From: Adineta vaga | Taxonomy: Eukaryota > Animalia > Rotifera | NCBI GenBank assembly: GCA_021613535.1 | Contig: CP075493.1 | Span: 8,804,001 to 8,868,000, forward strand | Reading direction: 5' to 3' | Length of the DNA: 64,000 nt | In this document: positions 1-12,800 of the stretch, piece after piece | Layout of the letters: every line of letters starts with the position of its first letter | Position numbering within the stretch: position 1 is the stretch's first letter | Position numbers and translations under genes: made by a program | The notes under the pieces: model-generated | What the model saw: only the letters and a program-made list of their open reading frames with translations | Databases searched by the model: none | What the model was told of the DNA's origin: nothing

Positions 1-676
1 TTTGCCAAGATTTTCCATGGCTTCTTGAACAATTTCCATTGGTTTATTTACAAGATATTTGACTCGCTCAAGAAAACCACCATTATTAGTTGTAGGTTCC
101 TGATCATTATCGGATGGTGTTAAGTCATCTTTATCAATTAGACATGATGTTGATAATGAATGTGTTTCATACACATGTAAAGATGATGTACTGTGAAGAC
201 TATTTTCACTAGTTGTTCGTCGAGGTGCTACGATTTGATTGATGTCATTTTCAGTGGAATGATAATCAAGTGAATCTGATGAAGGTTGAGTAATTGAATC
301 CAGACTAATATCCATTTGTTGTCCAGATTTTGTTGCTCCTTTTTGATGATGATTATCGTCATCTGATGAGATTTGTTCATCATTAACCATTGTCGTATAA
401 CTTGCTGATATAAATTCTTTATCATCTTCATGGCGATTTGATGCTGCCTGCTGTTGTCGACGATGATGAGATAAATGTGGATGGATCATAAGTTGTATTT
501 TCATAACGTGACATTCGTCGAAGATAATCAAGTTGAGCAGCTAATTCAAAAGTACGATCTGTCAGATTATCTTCATGTGAAAGACTAATATCATCCGATA
601 TGCTTGTTGCTGTTGAACGTTGACATGATACTCGACGTTGATCAAGAACAATCGTTGGAATACATTTCATATTAGA
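1..676 (-). CDS. Ankyrin downstream tail exon (partial), with a frame change near 430-500
   Basis: Phase-0 acceptor TTTTAG at 677-678 reads SNMKCIPT...IKSP-stop(428). An overlapping +1 frame ([12 protein letters not shown]...EAMENLGK) is open to position 1. Confidence 0.6.
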
Positions 677-3600
677 CTAAAAATAAAAAGATAAATCTTT
701 TTAGACATGATCGCCTCGAAGATATTCATATGCATTCATGAAGAAATTAATCAATAATCTTCTTACCTCTTTTAACATTATATCTTGTGCTTCTTTAATA
801 ACATTATTCACTATATCTTGAACTACTCGATTTTCATCAACTTCCGGTAAAATTATTGGACTTGATGATCGTCGATCAGTTACTAATGAATCACGGCGAT
901 ATTTAACAATGTCTTCAGATAATGAAACGATATTATTTGAAATAAAGATTTCTTCATGAATTCGATTATTTAATTGTTTTGAAACTGTATTTAATTCATT
1001 GATTAATCCACCGAGTTCATTAAATGATTTTGATGATATTGGTGATTTAATGGATTCCATAGGTTCATCAAGTTTATCTTCTAATTGTTCTTCCATATTT
1101 TGTAACTCAACAACAAGATTTGTTAATTCATTGACGGATTTTGTTGTTATAATTTGTGGAATGGATGTAAGTGAACAAACATTTTGTGGTTCATTTTCTG
1201 ATAGACTAGAAAATGAAGATGATGATGATGATGATTGAGGACGAATCTCATACATTTGATGTTCAAGTGTTTGTAATTCTTGAACGAGATCACCGAGTTC
1301 TTGTGCAGATTTTGATGCAACAACATCATTAACAAATAAATATGGTTGATCAGAAATTTGTGGAATTAATTTTTCATTTTCTTCATCATCATCATCATCC
1401 GATGATGAATACCCACCAGAATTCTCCTCATCATTATTCTCACTACTAGTCGTCGATGCTTCACTTGGACTAAATTCATTATCATATCTAATCAATGCAT
1501 TTTCAATAGCATGTTGAACAAGTTGAACAGCTGTTTGGTAATATAATTGTTCTTGTTCATATTCAATGGCTTCAGAAATTGCATCATTAAGGATTTTTCC
1601 TACAACTTCATTTGATGTTTGTCGAAGACGAGCTTCATATTCGGAGGAATAAGTATCGTCCTCACTGGATTGATAAGTAATTGTGTGGTCAATCGTATCT
1701 GGAGGGTTAGTTTTCGTCGAAATGGAACTTCCATCTTCATCTGCATCTTCATCTTCTTGTTCGAAGGATGGAGGAGATACAAATATAAAAGCAATTTCAT
1801 TTGGAGATTTTTTCTCAGTTAAATCTTCTTCTTGTTGAAGGGGTTTTTCGACAATCAATTCATCCTCTTCAATTATTGTCGGATGACGTGATTTATTCAT
1901 CTGTTCATCAACGAAAATAGTTGGATGAGAAGATGGTAATTTCTCGATTTCATGTATGATTTCACAATGAGATGATTTCGAGTGTCTTCGTTCAGTCGTT
2001 ATAAATGATTCAGCAAGAATTTCTTCTTCGTCTTCTCGAGTTTGTTGTTTTTCGAGTCTAGTCGGTTTTTTCGACCACGATGCAGCAAGCATTAAATCAC
2101 TCATAATTCCTCGAAGATTATCGATGGATACGGATGGTGATGATAAATTTAATTCAGTTTGATTTTCTATTGGACGTTCAGTAAATAATGAATGGTGTAT
2201 ATCACCTTCATAAAAAACTTCATTTGATACACGAGGCTTTTCAGGTATTAATGGTTTCTTTTTTGATTGATGTTCATTATCTTTATTTGATTCCGAATGA
2301 TGATATAATGAACGCGTAATATCACCTTCATAGAAACTGGAAGCATTAATTTGAGCATCTTCAGGTATGAGTCGCGGTGGATGAGATGAAATTGTCTTTC
2401 GATGTTTTAATGTTTTATCACCTTCGAAAAAGACATCACTTGTAATCACTGGATTCTCCGGAATAAGACGTTTATGAAACAGTTGAGGAGATACTTTATG
2501 TTCATTTGAACTTGTATCTTCATCTATATTTTTGATTAATTCTAATTTATCTTCAAAATCTGCAATTAAATCTCGTTGAGATTGTGTATCTGTTGCTTTA
2601 ATTTGTTCGATAAGATTTTGTAAACTACTAAGATTTTGTTCGAATAAATCAATAAAATTATATTCATTCTGTGTTGATGTTTGAGTACATTGATTTTCCA
2701 GTTCATCTAATTGATAATCAATACGTAATTGATCTTGTTTATTAAGATGAATATTATTGAGAATAAATTTTAAATCATGAATTTTCTTTTGAAGATTATT
2801 TAATATTGTTAATGTTAATGGTTTATGTTTTAATTGATCGATAAGTAAATAAATTTCTTCAATTTTATTATCAAAATATTCAAAATAATCTTCATGTTGA
2901 AGTAAAGATGACGAACGAATTGTTTTCATTTCAGATAATTGTTCATCACGATCAATAGGTACACTTTCATCTTCGTCAGAAATGGAATGATGACTTCGAA
3001 TTTTTTCTTGTTCTCCATCTTTTTCATGATCATCCGAATCACTATCGAGATCAAAACTATCCGGTAACTGAATTGTTGCACGTTTCATTACTGGTGATGA
3101 AAATTTTTGTAAATGTGCTTGTACTTGAGAATCAGCAATTGGTTGAACAATCCAAAAGGAATTTATAGCTTTCACAACTATATATCGACTTTTAGGTGAT
3201 TCAGCATCGTAATGAATTTCCAGAGAATCTGGTAGTTTGTTATTGGATGGTGATGTTTGAATAGCGGATGATTGTTGAAGAAGATTAATTCGAGATATAT
3301 CGAATGGTGATGTAGTACTATCGACTTTATGATGAGAATCAAATTGACCTTTGAGTGATTCAAGAATTGTTCCAGTTATAGCAGTTACACCTTCATTTAC
3401 AGCTAAACGTGAACGTAAAACAGATAATTCATGTTCAGCAGTTAATAATTCGGATTGTAATAATGGAGATTCTTTTTCAATCATATTTGTTATATTTTGT
3501 TCAAAAGATAACTTTGTTGGTAATGGTAAACGACGTCGAGAATTTGATGATGATGCAGTAGTATCGGACTCTTTCGGTTTCTCTTGTTGTTGAGTATTAG

Positions 3601-3788
3601 TTGAAGTAGCTTCGTTTATCTACTAATTGTCGATGGAATTTTATTGAATTGTTGAAACGGTATATTGGAATTTTTACTTGGCATTTTTGATGAAAATTTA
3701 GCGGATGTATGAGTAGTGATGCAAGAAGTAGAAAAAGGAGAAAATGAAGAAGAAAGAATAGAAGAAGAATTTAATAATAATGATGATT

Positions 3789-3823
<35 letters not shown>

Positions 3824-6800
3824 GGTAATAGTGATGATAATGCTTCTTCTCCTTTGCCGGCAAGAGTAGCTGTAAACAATAGAAAACAAGGAAAAAAAAC
3901 GAGATGTAGCAGCTTAGCAGTCACTTCATCTTCTTCGATTCTTCTGATTCTCTTTAACAGATTAGATTGGAAAGAAACGAGGGAGAAAAAAACAACAGAA
4001 AGAAATACTAGCTAGCATCTACACACAGAAATGCCCTTTTTTTTGTTAGAAAGGAGAATGAAAGAAAAAAAAAGAGAACATGTATACGGAGAAAAAACGG
4101 AAAGTTTTTTTTTTCTCGAGCAGGATTCTGTGTGTGATACGGTTTGCGCTGTTGAGGGAAAAGAGAGGAAGGGTAAACGGCCATCCGTTAGAACATGCAA
4201 ACATGTAAGCAAACGAAAAGAAATAGGTGCAGTAATAATAGAAAAGAGATCTTGGTCGATAAGACAAGCGTTAAAAGAAAAAGAGTGTCTCTTGTCTTGA
4301 TTCATTTTTTTCTCTTTACTTTGATGATCGATTATCATGGAAATATTTTTTTCTATTGTTTACACATACTCAATGCCGGGAGTGAATGATGATCAAGAAG
4401 AAGAAGAAGAAGAAGAAGAAGAAGAAGAGGGAGGAGGAAAAGACGAAGAATACAAAAAGACGAGGATAATAAAGAAAACAACAACAACAACAACAAACAA
4501 CATTGATAAAAACAACAAACATGCAACAAACAACAGCATTAGTTATAAACCGTATCACACACACATTCCCTTAGAGTATATATATGTATATATATGTTTT
4601 AACATTTATATGTACACAAACATAATGCAATAAATGTGATAATTCGCGCATAGAAAAATTCAATGAATGTTTTTTAACTACATGCGATCAATAAGCTCAA
4701 TCTCAAAATGACTTCATGCTTTATGTTTGCTTACATTATTGATTTCTCGAAACATTTTGCGCTAGAACAATCATTGATGAAATTCTTTCTCTTCTGTATC
4801 GTACGAGGAGAAAGTAAATATTTCATTATGCTTACCTTCGTGTTCAATGGAAGATTGAAGAGTTGTTGAATCGAGATTATCTAAAATAGAAAGAAAAAAA
4901 GAAAGAAGTGAGGATTCATTTGTTGTTTTTAGCAAAGAATTCATCAAAAGAATTAAAAAATAATTTAAATTAATTATCAACCACATGCGCGCACATCATA
5001 CGCAAACCTTGGTGATGAATATGATGATTGAGTTGAGCAAAAACATTCGTTACAAATGACATATCACATTCATTAAGCGGCTCAATATCATCTTCCATAA
5101 TTTCGATTGTGGGTGTTGACGCTATGGTATATCAAAAAAAAGAAGAAAGTCAACGCTTTCGGTTTTTTTTTCTTTCAAGACAAGCAAATTGGTTTTGCCA
5201 TGCCATTCGAAGAGGAAAAAGGAAGAGGAAGAGGAAGGTAAAAAGACATGCCAGGAATAAATGAACATGTCCGTGCTTGGTAGTATGCCGGATTGTTGAC
5301 TACCTTGAGAAAGACTTTCAATTGTATCATCATCGCTTGTATCAGAATTTAAACGTTGTAATGGAGTTACTGTACCACCGGTATTAAATGTACTAACTGC
5401 TGAAACATAGGTTGGACTTGTTGCTGTCGATGTCGAAACATTATCTAAACTTTCGTAGAGTGTTGATGATGATGATGATGGAGTCGATGATCTTGTTGTA
5501 GTTGTTGAAGGAAATGATGGAAGAGGAGGTGATGTGCTTTGTAGTCGTTGATGATCATCATGTAAACTTCCGTAAGATTCATGTAAATTATCATAATCGG
5601 ATAGAAGTGTGTGAACTGACGCGATATTATCAATATTTTGTGGAAAAAATACTGTGTTATCACGCATGGTATTAATTTTCAAGTCCGAACAATTTTCTTG
5701 AGAAGTATTTTCATTAGATTTCGATTGACTAGAAATATTATTACTATTAGATACGAATGTCACAGGTTGATTTGTTTTATCATCATTATTGTTCACGGTT
5801 GTTGTTGATGAAATTAATGTTGGTGGTGAACTTACTACTGTCACTGATGTTGTAAATAAGGGTGTTGATTTTGTGGTAACAACCTCACGCAAAGGTGAAA
5901 CGATTTTTGGCGTAACATTAGGTTGAGTTTCTAGTGAAACGAACATTAATGGACGTGCTAGAGAAGGAGGCGTAGGCGAAATATAAGTTGTCACTACCGA
6001 ATGCGGAAATGATGAAGTATTATCACTAGATGTCTTCGTTGAGTTCGTTGATGTCTTAATATTTTCTTGAGTTTCTTGTAAAATTATTTCTGCTAATTCT
6101 GTTGCAAACTGAGTGATTTTTATTGGAACATGTTCATCTGCGGTTTTGTCAACCGGTGATGAAATTAGATTAATGTTCACTGTTTGTTCTGATTCATAAT
6201 CAAATGATTTTGTCGTTACTGGAGTATCTGTATTTGTGGCTAGTCGACTTGGATCGACTGTAAACGATCGAATAGTTTGTAAACTATCGGAAATATGTAG
6301 ATTTCCGAATTGACTTGTATCCGGTGGTGTTTGTCGTAAGATATTTATATCAAGATCATCATTGGAAACGATACCAAATGTATCAGCAAGATTTAAAACT
6401 TTTTTAACAGCCTTATCAGTTTGTTGCAAGAAACTTTTATTACTATAGAGAGAAAAATGTCGCGGTGGTTTTGCCGGTGGTATAGGAACCATATCAACCG
6501 ATGATAACGAATCGGATTCATCATTTTGACGTGGTGGTTTCGTTGGTGGTGGTGGTGTTAGCTTCGTTTGACTAATCGATTCACATGAATCAATGGATAG
6601 TTCAATGCCTTGTTGATCCGAATAGTCATTAAATGTTGTTGGTGATGCATTAGTACATGAATGTGTATATGGCTGATATGAACTAGTTAATTGTTGTTCA
6701 ATCGGATGTCCTCCGCCTTCGGGAGACTTCTTTTTTGTTATTGTCTTTTTCAATGGTCGAACAACCGCATGTTTAAATGCATTGGCTATTGCGCGCGCTT

Positions 6801-9800
6801 GATCAGGTATGATTCTCGATTTTATAAAACGTTCACCTACGGGTGTTGGATTAACACGAGTAGGTGCTGGAAAAAAGTATGAGAGATTAAAAACAAACTA
6901 CTGATCAATGTCATCTATGGTTATTTTTTACATGCACTATTTATTTTTCTTTCAACTTACGAATATCATCAAATGCGTGAGATGTTTGTTCAGCGAGTTG
7001 TTGAGTTGTTGTTTTTGTTTGGTCGAAAATTGTATCTGATTGAATTGATGAGATTATAGGTTGATCATCTGGTAAGATTGGTGTTGCTTCTTGAACAATA
7101 TTTACAATACCAAAATCACCAAGTTTTTTTGAAGATTTTTTTGATTGGAATTCTAAAATAAACAAAAGAAATATTATCTTTCGATATCATCTTCGTTCGA
7201 TTGATAAAGAATCTTTACTAAGAATCCGACGTTTTCTTTTGAATAATCCACAACATAAGGTTCGATTTCTATTCAAACAGAGTAATGGCATGTCTAATCG
7301 ATTAGTATTCCAATGCTTAATTATATCGAATAGTTAGTCGAGACATACAAATCTTTTCTCTTTTTTTTTGCTACCAGATGTGCTTTCATATCAAGCATTT
7401 GCTTATGTATATATCAATAATATCTTTGCGAGAAAAAACAGATCAAACTCATTTAGCTCTCTTTCTTCTTCGTCGTTTTCGTCTTCTTCTTCCTCTTCTT
7501 CTTCTTCTTCTTTTTCTTTTCTCTTAACTTGGTGATAAAGTATATTGACACGAGAATAAGAAATAAATAATGCAATGATTTTCTTTATGAGTATAACTTA
7601 GAATAACAATGACACGCATTCTGATTCACCTTGTACATGAATGATAAACATATTTAGATTGATTATCAGATGAAGAGAAGAAAAGAAAAGAAAAGAAAGG
7701 AGCATTTACATCTATATAAATATAATTATTCTATTTACAGAAATAAGATACGTGACTTAACTATTTTATCAGAAGACATCCTTTTCCAGAAACGACAAAC
7801 AAGCTGTTATTTTCTTGGTTCTATTAACTATAAATAATATTGACATTGAAAAGTCTGTTCAATATCTTCTTTGACAATCTTTCGTTTCTGTTTTTTAATC
7901 ATTTGCATCTCATTGTCAAAACTAAATATGAAGATTGTTTTTTTATGACCTTCGTTCATTCATTAGGGAGTAACATGAAATATTATATGACTAGAAAGAT
8001 ATAAATACACCCTGGTGCCACTCGTGCACGTTCGAAAAGATTCATTAGGAATGTAAAAGAAGGAAAACCTTTGTAAGCGGTATTGTTTTATGTTTTAATT
8101 TAACGCTCATATATATTCAACGATTAGAAGAGAATATTTTTGACATTCTTCTGAAATCCTAATTGCTATTGCCGATTGTTTCCTTTTTCCCTCTTCTTCA
8201 CAATGCCAATCATTATGTCAAGTACAAAATTGCCTCTTATGACCTTTGTTTGAGAAGAAGAAAAAGGAAACAACCTAATTTCTACTTGTAATATCGCGGA
8301 AAGCTTTCACTATAATTATCTGAAACTAGGAACTAAAAATAAACTAAACCGACAACATACCCAAATTAGCTGTTGGTGTTGTACGTCCTTCAGTCATATC
8401 TGCATTTTCTTGTTTAGATGATGCATGATAAGGATCATCGAGATCAGCTAAATAGCAAGAAAGAATATTAGTTTTTTAATTGTCCATATTTAAGAAGAGA
8501 GAAAATAAACATAGACCAACTAATTGAAAACAATACAAACAAAAGCAATTCCATGCTCCAATTTCAAGCAGATCATATAATAAATACACACGAAAAGAAC
8601 CTTTATCACGTGATAATCTATTTAGTTTGTCTTTTAAAGTTTCCAAATGCATCATCTCAAATTGATGTGAATGACAACTTAATGGTGTGATCGAGCCTGA
8701 ATAATTCGGTGGATGATAGATAGAAAAATGACCAACACCACCGTAACGTGATACTGGTGTTGCTGCTTTACTCGAATCAACGAAATGTAAAGGCCCATCA
8801 CGTTCACCTTTAAACACAAAATAACAACACATAAACATACAAACAACAATAGAAACAACAATCAATATCTTTTTAACATCGAACAGTTATGAACCTAGAC
8901 TTTTTCTCATTGCTACTGTAACAATGGTATCAACACTTGATGCTGAAGATGATGAAGGTATAAAATCTTTCGATAGATCACGTTTAACCATTTTCAACGG
9001 TTCTAATTGTTTAAATTGTGGTGTTACTGTTTCATTGTTTGGTTTTTTTCCTCCTAAGTCATCTTCTGATGTTTCTTCAAATGTGATAGTTTTTATAATT
9101 GTTGTTAATGTTGGACTTCGATTAGTATCATCAATTAATAAATCTTTCATTTAAATTATTCCATGAAAAACTGTCCTATTCGATAAACAATTTCTACTTA
9201 CTAGATTTTCCTTGTCGACGACGTTCATATTCATCATCACTTTCGAAACCTTCGTCCAACTATATAAAAATAGTTAAAAATGAAAATCAAACAAATAATG
9301 ATAGTTTATATAGCATACACGACGTCCACCTGCTGTAATACCATCTACACTACCACCACGACTATTGAGACGATTTTTAGCTACTTCCTTTTCAGCAGCA
9401 TCAGTGACCCATTCAATATTGAATACACAATTATGAACAATATTTTCTTTTCCAATTTTACGTAATGCTTGTTGAAGACAATTTCCTAAGACAAAAAAAA
9501 ACAATACGTATGTTTATCGTCAATTGTGACACAAATTTGTTTATAAATAGAATCAACATATGGTCTATCTCAAATAAGACAAGCTTATCAAAAAAGATTG
9601 TATACTGTTTTCTTTCGTTGAAAACAAGCAAAAAACTAGAACAACATAACAATATTCGTATGACTGATTTACGTGTATCATTGATAAAAAAAGAACTATT
9701 TCTTACCTGTAGCGTCTGTTCCTCGTGATTTAAGCCAGTAACGTAACATGTGTAAGGAAGCATTTTCTCCAAATTCATCCATTATTTTTGTAACTTCCTC

Positions 9801-12800
9801 TTCACTTAATTCAAGTTCTGCAGCAAGTGCTGGCCACTCACTTCCAAGTAATCGAGCAATATCAGTCAAACGTATTTCTCCTTTTCGATACATGTCATCT
9901 GATTTCCAACCTGAATAGAAAACAGACGTATATACATATTGAAAATTCCTTTCAAATCTGTTTACTTTCTGAATTACGATCACGTTCAACAGAATGTAAT
10001 GCTCGAAGACGTTCTTCATTCTAAATTAAAGTATTATACAATCAAATCAAAATATTTCACAAAATTTTACTTCAAGTAAATCCTAGGAAATAAACAAAAG
10101 AAAAAGAATGATTCAACATTTATTAAATCAATTTCTTACTTTATCATAACCAGGAATTAGAATATTTAAATTACAAATTGTTTGTAATGTTTGTGGATCA
10201 ATAACCGTTGTTGATGATAAGGCTGATGCTTGACCATTTGTCATTGTAATTGATGTTGTTCGTTGAATTGATGTTAATTTTCCGTTATCTTTTGAAAAAA
10301 TTAATCGACCTGATGGTTCTTGTTCTTGATCACGTAAACGAACAACACATGGTAGACGATTTTCTTTAAATGCTCGAAATATTAATGTTAATTGTTCATT
10401 AGTTTTAATAATTGTTTGTAAGTTAGTTGATTGTAAATCAATATAAATTGAATTACCATTGACAACTTCAACTTCTTTTGATTTGGCTATTTCAGTAAAA
10501 TGTTCTTGCATTTCAAGAGTTTTATTTTCTTTATCATCAGTAATACAAAAGATTCGAACAAGTGCTTCGTTGGGATCATGACGTTTAGCGAAGACAATAA
10601 AACGAGACATATATGGAACTGATGTTGCTTCACGATAGATTTCATGTGCTAATTTAAGAATATCAGAAACACCTTGTGCATCAACTAACCAAAATCTACG
10701 AAAGAAAGAACGAAATGAAAAAACCAAAGTCAAAATAGACAAAAACTCTTACCGAGCTGAAACAGTTGTTGTAAATGTTGCACAATCATTTGAAAATGTC
10801 AATGGTGTATGTCCTGTAATATCATCAAACTGAGCTGCATGAGTACCACCTGTGATGCTACATAATAATCGAAGCGTTTGAGAATCACTTGTATAAGCAT
10901 TTCCATGTTGATGTTGATGTGATTGTTTTCTTGTTGAAGAACTTTTATTTGGTAATGGAATTGTAATTGTAATTGGTTTATGAAATTTACGACGACGCGG
11001 TTCAACTGTAACAACAGGACTTACATGAATACGTGTACCATATGAACGTTGAACTAATTGAGCGGATATTGGTAGAACATGAAGTGATACACGGATACGT
11101 TTTTGTAAAGCTTTTTCAGGAATATGTGCTTGAATTGTTGGAATTATTGATGATGCTAATTGACCACCTTGTTCATCAATAAACTGTGCTTCTTGTCGCA
11201 TACGTGTAATCAATGCAAAGAAACGTGGAAAATCATTTGTAATAATGCGAGTGATTCTTCGTGATTGAAGTTCTTCAGAATTTTGTAAATCTAGATAATA
11301 AATGTATTTTAAAAAAAAATTTTAGATCAACAAATGAATATTACCTTCGGAATCAACAGTATCGCCAAATACATCACGAACAGCATCATCAGCTATTGAA
11401 CTTGTATGTTCGGTCCATTTTTCTCCATTGTCACTTCGTAGGACAACAATTTCACGTTCATGATTTCGTAATGAAGCAAAATGTGGTATTTCAAGAATAA
11501 CAGGTCTAAATAAAAACAAAAAATTCAATAAATCAAATAAGGTTCGTGTGTGCCATTCGATTGTTCTCAATATCGCTCCAAGAGAGAACTTTTTTGTCAA
11601 TAATAACTCTCTTTTCTGTTAAGAACTATTCTAATTGTATATTTTCTTTACCCGAGGAATTTGCAACCAACTGGTCCAACTTCTAGAACACGTGCTGCCA
11701 ATGCTTCGCCTTCATTAATGGGCGGTGGTATCGTTAATTTATCTCGTTTAACAAATCGACATGTAATTCGTGTTGGCATACTAGCGCGTTTTTGTGGAAT
11801 AATAACTCGAACACCAGAATGTCGACAACCACGCATTGCACCACCACGGGCATCAACCAAAAAGCTTACCAAAAATCTATATCAATGTATAGAAAAAAAT
11901 AAATACAAATTGAAACAAAAGATAAGAAACAAAAGAAGTTAATTAATCTAGGAGGATTAGTCGAGCAGTAGAGAGATAGAATTAACAAAACGTGCAAAAT
12001 ACTTACGATCGACACTGAAAACGTTCCCTAGAAAAATGTGTATAAAAAAAGACTGGTCAAATCCACTGCATCCACAATTAACACACAAACACACACGGCA
12101 AGAAATACAACTTCATCACCATTCTTTTTCTCTATTAAAATCAAACGATTACTCACCCTCCATGACGTGGTTTTGTAATCACTTCATTGTCAGCTACTAA
12201 TGTTTGTGGTGCTATTGCAGATGTTTGATGATCATTTAAATTATCTCGACTTTCCGTCCAATGATCTTTACCAGCGAGCATTGGATATTCCGGTTCTTCC
12301 TTTAAAAATATATAAAAAGAAACGAAAGAATAAAATAGAAATGAAACCTCGACATAATTTTATTTACCTTGTTAAATGATGTTTGATGAAGTTTGTTCTC
12401 TTCTGCTTCAGTCATTAAAACACCTTCACGCAAATATTGCATATGAACATTCGAACTAGCATCACCAAGCATATCTAAATAGCAATAAATAACCGTTTGA
12501 TATGTCTCGATATCTAAACAACTCCATATGCGTCAGTATTGACATTAATCATGCGCGCATGTAACTCAAAGGGTAAAAAACATTCTGCTGATCTTTTCAT
12601 AACAAGCAAGAGAAGGAAGAAGAATAAAGAGAAGTACAAGGCACCATTCGACTACCTTTCGTCTTTTTTTCAGGTAATTTCAAATTGTCGATAACTGTTC
12701 CCAATTGATAATATCCGATTTCCGGATAGAGTATATCAATCAGATGACCTTCAGCTGAAGATACTGATAAAACTTTGACATTTTCTTTTCATTCAATCAT

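Noticed and set aside
3716-4633. Plus-strand ORFs with poly-D/G/E/T tracts (3716..4015, 4031..4300, 4337..4633)
   Set aside because: They are antisense shadows of ankyrin exon/intron microsatellites, with no splice or homology support.
8009-8068. Possible extra 60-nt phase-1 ankyrin cassette ([20 protein letters not shown])
   Set aside because: Weak acceptor with no pyrimidine tract; could arise by chance.
8476-8600. Hydrophobic C-terminus of ORF 8476..8865 as a transmembrane anchor
   Set aside because: More simply T-rich intron read-through after a phase-1 donor at 8600.
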